From Chrysomallon squamiferum (Eukaryota > Animalia > Mollusca): a stretch of 64,000 nucleotides of DNA. The DNA lies in assembly GCA_012295275.1 (NCBI GenBank), contig CM022677.1, positions 26,288,001 through 26,352,000 of the forward strand. The letters are read 5' to 3'. The stretch's first letter is position 1, and every line of letters starts with the position of its first letter. The position numbers and the translations under genes were made by a program. The notes under the pieces are model-generated. The model ran no database searches and was not told the DNA's origin. It saw only the letters and a list, made by a program, of their open reading frames with translations. Of this stretch, positions 13,452 to 64,000 are shown in pieces.

Positions 13452-13532
<81 letters not shown>

Positions 13533-13730
13533 CTATCTATCTATCTATCTATCTATATATATATATATATATATATATCTACGTAAAGTTATCTATAGTG
13601 TGTGTTTGTGTTTGAAAAAATCAATGTTCTATCATTTTATTCTTTTCTAATATAGCTGCAGGATAATATTCAAGTTTACGTAGTTATTTCAGCTCAGACA
13701 CATACACACACTCACACGTACACCCACACA

Positions 13731-13774
<44 letters not shown>

Positions 13775-13987
13775 TATACAAAACTACAGACACATATAAA
13801 AAAAAAAGAATCGAAAGAAAGAAAAATAAAATAAAATAAAATAAAATAAAATAAAATAAAATAAAATAAATAACTAAATAAAAATTCACATTTGTTACTC
13901 GCAATAAAACTAAATATAGGAAAATCTATCTTATCTAAGAATCTACCCCAATATAAATATTAAGAAGCAGTATATATATATATCTAT

Positions 13988-14434
13988 ATATTATAGAATT
14001 TCCCATTTATAATAATTTAAAAAATCACATTTAACTTTGTATTTGTATTTTAATGTTTTTCTTCTGAAAGTATCGCAGCTGTTTTTGATTTGAGAATGTT
14101 GAACAGTTTTGATTCAATACTTTCTAAAAATGGTTTATGTGCGCCTATGTAATTAACTGTTTGTGTTGTAAGTGAATAATACAAATTCTTCAGAAAATTT
14201 AAAAACGTTTCGGAATACAGGTGCGGGTGTTTCCTTGTTTTTTTTTTTTTGTTTTTTCTCTCTCTCTGAGTGTGTGTTTTAACGAATATACAGAAAAGAA
14301 AAGAGAGAAGAAAAACATGCTTATATATGTAAATGTTATAAATTACGATGTTTATGCATAGAGTATGGCACACACTTTAACACAGACGCAAACATATACA
14401 TACACACACAGAATTCACACGTAGATATAAAAAG
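13988..14434 (+). repeat. About 450-bp direct repeat of 16980-17416 (gene B intron after the signal-peptide exon)
   Basis: Shared blocks tattatagaatttcccatttataa, gcagctgtttttgatttgagaatgttgaacagttttgattcaatactttctaaaaatggtttatgtgc, and cacgtagatataaaaag. Confidence 0.9.
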
Positions 14435-14487
14435 CTATATTAAAATGCGTTCAGCTGAAATACAATATTTTACAGCGATATAAAACA

Positions 14488-14546
<59 letters not shown>

Positions 14547-14915
14547 TACTACTACATACTGGTATTATCGTCAGCATGTATCATCATCGTCACTTTTATC
14601 GTCAACATTAATTAATATTATTATTATTATTAAATCTGAATAAACCGAATAAATTATTTTTCTATGAAAGTTGAACCAGGCGTGTGAAAACGTCTCTCAG
14701 GTATATTTGTTTCCGTTAACAGTACCCGGCTGTTGTAACCGTGAGACAAAAAAAAAAAAAAAAAAAAAATAACGAAAATAAATAAATAAAAAAAAAATTA
14801 AATAATAAAAATCCAAATTAAAATTAATAATAATAAAAAAATTCATTTAAAAAAAAAAAATAAAAAAAAAATATATATATAAAAAGGAAATGAAATATAT
14901 TAATAAATAAAATTA

Positions 14916-14970
<55 letters not shown>

Positions 14971-15860
14971 CTAAGTGGCAGTTTGCAATATACTGAACAA
15001 ATTTATTTTCTATGTATGTGTACTATTTTCCATTCATCTGCGGTGTCTTTCACTAACAACACCCCCTCCGCTACACAAAAGAACCTAAACTTGTTTTACC
15101 AAAATCACATTGATATATATTTTTTTCACGAATAGACAAAATATTTTCCCCTTGTTATATCTAACTCAAGCAATATAACTCGTTCCTGTTTGGGAGAAAA
15201 ATAAAAATAAAGTTAAAAATTAAAACCAGTTTGGTGAGGTTATAAGACTTGCGTAGGAATAATTAAGCCGAAAAGTGCGTAGGCTTTTCATAGTCACTCA
15301 AGCGACAAGACATTCCCAAATAGTTATTGTCCGATTAAACTGTTTTATCCCTGTTACCACTGGTTCTTCAGGTATATATATATATTTTTTTTTTTGCTAG
15401 AAGAATAAATTATAAAAGAAATTCTATAAAATAAAAAGCCTGCTCAGGTTGTCAGTGCGGATCGACTGGTATCTTGTCATGGTAAAGTTAATTCATAAAC
15501 GGACGACAATACGCGTTTGTAGTCTTTCAAAAGGAACCAGTTTTTCTACATATCCCCATTAATTTTAACGAGTACTTTTTTTTTTAAAAACCAGTTATGC
15601 TGCTTGGATATGACTGCAAAATAAAGTGATATTAAAAAACAAGAAAAAAAAGAAAAAAAAAAAGAAACAACAAAAAAACAAAAAACCTCTGATAGTTAGA
15701 AAGTACAGCTAACAATAATTTAGTATCTTTACGTGACGTCATTCTGTATCAAATTTTATTTTTGAGTTACAATTTTTGACTTGTATTTAGGGCGTGTCAG
15801 AATGTAGGTTACCAAGCATGTGCAGGGTAGATAAACAGGTGGATCTGGTTAAACAGCCAA

Positions 15861-16532
15861 ATTTCACTGAATTGGACGATCTAGGCTTGTGCACATGAAA
15901 TATAGAATACGAAAGGTTTTGCACCTGCACATGAAGGCGCGCGCCTGAATAAGCAAGCACAAAGGCGCGCGTTCGCGCACACGCACACACACATACATAC
16001 ACAGCCTAGCTGGAAAAAAAAAAAAAAAAAAAAAAAAGAAAGAAAGAAAGAAAGAAATTAAAATTAAATTTGTACAAAGATTATTTTTTCTTTTATTCAA
16101 TTATAGCGTGCTCTTCTAAAATCTTTTATATACATGTGTATTTTTCTTTGGTCAATATGACATGAAGCGGTGCTTAGCCTATTCAACAGTTTTGCTATCA
16201 GGTTAGAATTCTTCTTTATTATTATTACTGAATATGTAACAAAATCCCTTATGTCAATATTAACATTTATACTTGTATTTGCCAACGCAGAATAAAGCGC
16301 TCCCTCATATTCTGTCTACATCCCACGCCAAAATGCTTACAAACCAGTACGCCCATATTTAGTTTGCCTACAAACTAGAATGACTGCAATTGAATATGCC
16401 TACATCCTAGTATTCCTATAGTGATTTTTGTTTTCAAACTAGGATGTGTGCAACTCGGTCAATTTCCTACATCTTAGCATTTCGTATTCTGTATTTCATG
16501 CATACAAGTCTAGTTCTTCCATTCAGTGAAAT
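15861..16532. repeat. Imperfect inverted repeat, arms 15861-15914 and 16480-16532 (possible MITE relic)
   Basis: atttcactgaattggacgatctaggcttgtgcacatgaaatatagaatacgaaa is the reverse complement of tttcgtattctgtatttcatgcatacaagtctagttcttccattcagtgaaat with a few mismatches. Confidence 0.75.
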
Positions 16533-16539
16533 AAAAAAG

Positions 16540-16635
16540 TATATAAATAAATGGCAGCGGTAAAGGTTTTGGTTTGTAGGCAGCTACAGATTTACTTGTT
16601 TGTTTGATCCTTTTCAGATACACTGACCATTAAAT
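16540..16635 (+). promoter_or_regulatory. Candidate TATA box (16540-16547) and non-coding first exon of gene B, ending at donor GTGAGT (16636)
   Basis: TATATAAA ~95 nt before a consensus donor; next acceptor tttacag at 16839 opens the ATG exon, whose leader contains in-frame stops. Confidence 0.5.
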
Positions 16636-16860
16636 GTGAGTGTGTGTGTGTGTGTGTGAGTGTGTGTGTGAGTGTGTGCTTGGGTGGATGAGGCTGGGTG
16701 ATTTCATTTCTTACACAATACGTAGTTGTATGTGAGTATATTGTGAGCTATGTGTGTGCGGTTGGTGAATTTTTATGTGGGTGGGTTTCTTATTGGTGTG
16801 TTTGTGTTTGATAATATCGTGTCTTACATCTCTTTACAGAATTAGGACCTCAGCTGAAAC

Positions 16861-33620
<16,760 letters not shown>

Positions 33621-34825
33621 ACGTAACAAGCCAGCCATTTTCTTGCTCATATAACAACACTGCTCATAAAGAACCTGCTCAAAAATATTCATTTGAAAAC
33701 ACATTGTTGAAAAAAATTGTATTTGAAAATGTCTTGTATGCTTCTGTATATTAAAATGCAAAACATGGTTTTTTGTTTAAATATGAAGTAAAGAGAACTT
33801 CAGTAAACTAAATGTAGGTACATTTTTAAAATTCATCTATATTTGTTTATCTTTCTTTCTTTTTTTATATATTTAAGAATGAAAAATGATTTTTGAAATA
33901 GTTTTTAATCTATTTAATTTAAAAAGAGCAGCTATATTTGTACATTTAGAAATCTCTAGAACTTTATTTTTTTACATTTTTATATATTGAAAAAGTATTC
34001 TCCAATTCAAATAGTTTTTTTCCTAGGTTATACTTTTGCTTTTTATATCCATTATTTTTATCTATCTACTTTTATAATTTTTAATTTGTAGATTTGAGCT
34101 TAACTACACAATCATAATTTCTTTTGAAAAAGTATTAGTATCATCACATGCACTGTCTATTTTATGGGTTGCAGTTTTGGAAGTGATTAATTAATTGTTA
34201 ATAAATGCTTAATTTTAGGTTTCTTGCGTCAAGGGCATTAAAAAGTAACCTGTAATGGTGTATTTTGGAAAATTTCTTCAGTATGAGATAAAATTTAGTT
34301 TAATGTCAACATTGACTTAATGTTTTAATGTCTTAATATAAACATTTTTAAAAGTGTTAATAATAATTAAAAAAAAAAAAAAAATGAATTATAAAAAATT
34401 AAAAAAGAGAAATATTAATAATACAAATACTTTGAGATCAATATATTTACAATCAAAATCTGATTGAAATGTTGTCATTATTTTTGTAGAATTTGATAAT
34501 TATAACCTCCAAACCAGTACTATGGAATAAGTTTTGATGTAAAGAATATTTTTTTATTCTAAATATTGTTCGTTAATGTTATTAATAAAATAATAAATTT
34601 GAAGTAAATATAAAATTTTATTCCTCATTATAACACCTTTTTAATATATTTTGTTTTTGTTTACCTGTAAATTTAATTCAAGGCATGAAAAAGCTGTTTA
34701 TTAAAAAAGTGGAACATTTGTGCATAATTGTATTAGCAGTTAAGATTTGTAGTTAACAAAATTAAATTAGTTTTAATGTATATCAGTTGTATATTTGTAA
34801 TTTCATTTTCCTATTTTATTATTAT

Positions 34826-34870
<45 letters not shown>

Positions 34871-34871
34871 A

Positions 34872-34912
<41 letters not shown>

Positions 34913-36289
34913 TTACTATGTTAGCTTATTTCTGATTATATAAAACTTTCACTTATATGTTTACAATTTTAATACCACAAGCTAATATAATACTTCAGTA
35001 ATTTCATGACAGAATGAACAAACTTGATCCATTTTTCAAATTAGTTTCTTAAAATTTAATATTTATATTTGTTAACTCTGCTGATTTATGTTGTTTCTAT
35101 TTTCCATAATTAGTAAAAAAAAAATAATAACAAATATAAATTATGGATTATAACTTTTATTACAATATTTTTTAGTAACAAAAAACAAAATCTTATATAA
35201 AATGTAAATTTAGATTATTTTTATAACTATGAACTAACATTTATAAATAAACATATTTTTATATATCTGCATCTGTTTTGATTTGTTATTTTGATCTCTC
35301 TTCTCTCTATTAATCTTAAACAATAATACTAACAATAAAGATGACAACAACAATAATAATAAGACCTGTAGGATGAAGCACACTTTCAAGAACTTAGTAG
35401 AAATTGCAGTAATATAAAACTGGAGAAAAAAAAGAAGAGAAAAAACAAAAAAGAATAATAATAATACAAAATTTGTTATGTCAAAAGTTTTACTTTTTTT
35501 TTAGTTTGTTGGTCAGCTTAACATCAGATCTAGAAATGAATATCAAAGTGAAATATTGTTTATTTATAGAAACAATTATATTTGTAGTTTCTTGATTAAA
35601 AATAAATAAATTCATCAAGTTATCAAGTAAGAACAAACAACTGTTTAAAACAACATGTGTATTAATGAAAAACACAGTGGGCTATCCTATAAGGAATCTA
35701 ATTGGTTCCAGATAATTAGGTGTTACAAGGTTCCATTGAAATATGTGTTATAAGTTGTAATCTGTTCCTGGCCCCCAAATACAAATGACAAATATAACAA
35801 GTAAAATAATTTGATAAATGTATATTTAAACTCCTGAAATGAATGATGTCATTAATACTTTATCTTATCTTACTGTTGCTGAGCTTTCAGTGGAGAAGCC
35901 AGAGGAGCCAGAGGAGGCGGAGGAGAGCAGTCATCCTTCCAAGCCCTTTTTGGTGACTCCTACAGGCAGTTCAACAATGAATTTTCAAATACATACAATT
36001 TTCGTAGCATATTCTCTTACGTTTAATGAAAATATTTAAGATAAAGTGATTATAATAAATAACTTTTGGATTCTGAAGCAATGTAATATTATTTAGAATT
36101 ATGTTTTAAATTTATTTTTATGGAACGATAACAATGATTTGTTACCTTGTTAGAGTTTGGCACAATCAGCTTTACTCTGAATGCTCAGCAATATGAGTTA
36201 GTTTCCTGCTACAACAAAAATATTCAGTAACTTTCACCTGAGATTTTAATCTCATTTCTTTCCTTTTTTTTTAAATAATAATAATAATG

Positions 36290-36360
<71 letters not shown>

Positions 36361-37689
36361 CAAATAATAGTTGAGTTTTGATTGGTCAATAAAATATGAC
36401 ATCATATAATGGCAGAATTTCACTTTGGAGGCAGGTAGTTTTGTACAATTATAAAATGAATATTAATTTACTAATTATTGATAGGACATGAATAAGGAGT
36501 AAATTTAAACTAACTATTTAATCAAAATAGCAATTAATAGCAAGAACAATACTGGAACAATAAATAAGTCAATATTTATCTTTGAGCAAGTGGTAACCAA
36601 GGGAATCTACAGTAAAGTTAAATTCGAATGTACGATCATTCAGAATAAAACATTTTTGGTATGAACATAATTAATTTATCCAATAATAATAATAACAATA
36701 ACAATAACAATAACAATAATAAATAAATAAATAAATAAATAAATAAAAGAATTTGAAATGGATGGATGGAAGAATAAGAAGAAAAATAACAGAAAAATGT
36801 TAAGTTGAAAGAAAATAAATAAATAAAAATAAATAAATAAATAAATGTGTGAAGAAAGAAAAACAAATAGACAATATGAAGACTGCAAAGAATCAGAAGA
36901 TAGAATATTGAAAAGGAACAAATGAAGAAAAATAAAAATGGAAAATAAGAAACAAGGCAGAAGAATGAGAAGAAAAGGAAGATGTCAAAGAAATGAAAAA
37001 ATAATAAAGATAGAATAATCAGAAACAAGAAAAACAATTAATAATAATTAATAATAATAATAATTGATAATAATAATAATAGAAGAAAGACCAAAAATGA
37101 AGAAAGAATGTTACATGAAAAATATAAAGAATGAGGAAATGGGTGTGTGTTTGTGTGTACAAAACTTGTGATAAATGTAATAAACACATCATGAAGTCAG
37201 AAAGAGAAAGAAGAAAATGTTACATGAAAAAATATAGAAATATATGCCTACCTGTTTGTTATTAAAAATAAAAACACATCATGTTGTCTGAAAGAGAAAA
37301 AAAGAAAAAAATAGGCGCCTTGTTTCGTTATTAAAAAAGAAATATAAAAATCTGAGAAAAATTCACAAGAACAACAACAGAGATTACTAACAAATATTAA
37401 ATACATTATAACTGTTGTTAATAATTTGAGTCGGAAGTATTAATATTATACTTTTACCATGTTACTCATCTATCCTTTACGAAAGCCTCGAAGCTGTTAT
37501 GTCATTACTTCAAATAATCGTTTTAGTCATTGTGCCGTGTGGGCGTTCAAATACTGACCAGAAATACTGTAAATTAAAATAGTATCACTTGGTTTTATTT
37601 CACTCTATTTTTCAAATAACAAGAGAAAACAGTAGTCGTTTAGTTTGGATATTTCCGTCTTAGTGTGTAGGTCATTATAATCATCAATA

Positions 37690-37923
37690 TTTTTGATCTA
37701 GCCTTCGATCTCTCACCTGCTTTCCCGTTGCGAGTTATTTCCCCGTAGTATACAAATCTCGCGAGGTGGGCGGAAGCTATCATTCATAAGAATTAAGATG
37801 GCTGAAACCTGGAAGAGGTTTTTCTTCTTGGAGTAGGTGTTAAATTAAAATGTAGAAGTGTTGCCTGTTAGCTGACAGAGAAGTTCCGGCGAAGCGAGCA
37901 GAGTTCACTTATCGTGTCTCAAA
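37690..37923. promoter_or_regulatory. CpG-containing housekeeping-type promoter/5' UTR of myosin V
   Basis: Local CpG enrichment; TCTCGCGAG (37757-37765), GGGCGGAAG (37768-37776, GC-box/ETS-like), AAGATGGC (37795-37802, YY1-like). Confidence 0.55.

Positions 37924-64000
<26,077 letters not shown>

Noticed and set aside
35524-35618. Box C/D snoRNA on the minus strand (TGATGA...CTGA)
   Set aside because: Very AT-rich, weak terminal stem, no recognisable rRNA-complementary guide

Overview
AT-rich, microsatellite-dense animal genomic DNA, probably molluscan and possibly cephalopod (inferred from gene content; species not determinable). There are three intron-containing genes, all on the + strand. 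(1) 1-6840: the 3' part of a gene built from tandemly duplicated, symmetric phase-1 exons, each encoding one TSP1 (thrombospondin type-1) repeat, with several dead exon relics in between. (2) 16861-33620: a complete gene of 17 coding exons (about 2457 aa by my exon joining) for a secreted protein: signal peptide - VWA (MIDAS-degenerate) - VWA (intact MIDAS) - 27 TSP1 repeats - three chitin-binding/Cys-rich modules - LamG/ConA-like domain. This is a Pif/BMSP-type molluscan matrix-protein framework with a very large TSP1 array inserted; 25 of the repeats lie in one 4638-bp exon with a four-repeat higher-order pattern. (3) 37924 to the window end: the first 15 exons of a myosin V, with a candidate alternative first exon, one GC-AG intron and a +2 frameshift that is probably an assembly error. 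The most striking non-coding pattern is that at least five exons in two unrelated genes are followed by tandem arrays copied from their own exon end plus 5' splice site, and one exon is preceded by copies of its own 3' splice junction. Also present are decayed RTE-type LINE fragments, minisatellites and a possible divergent spliced non-coding transcript from the myosin V promoter. All gene models were read by eye from splice signals and reading frame; none has transcript support.
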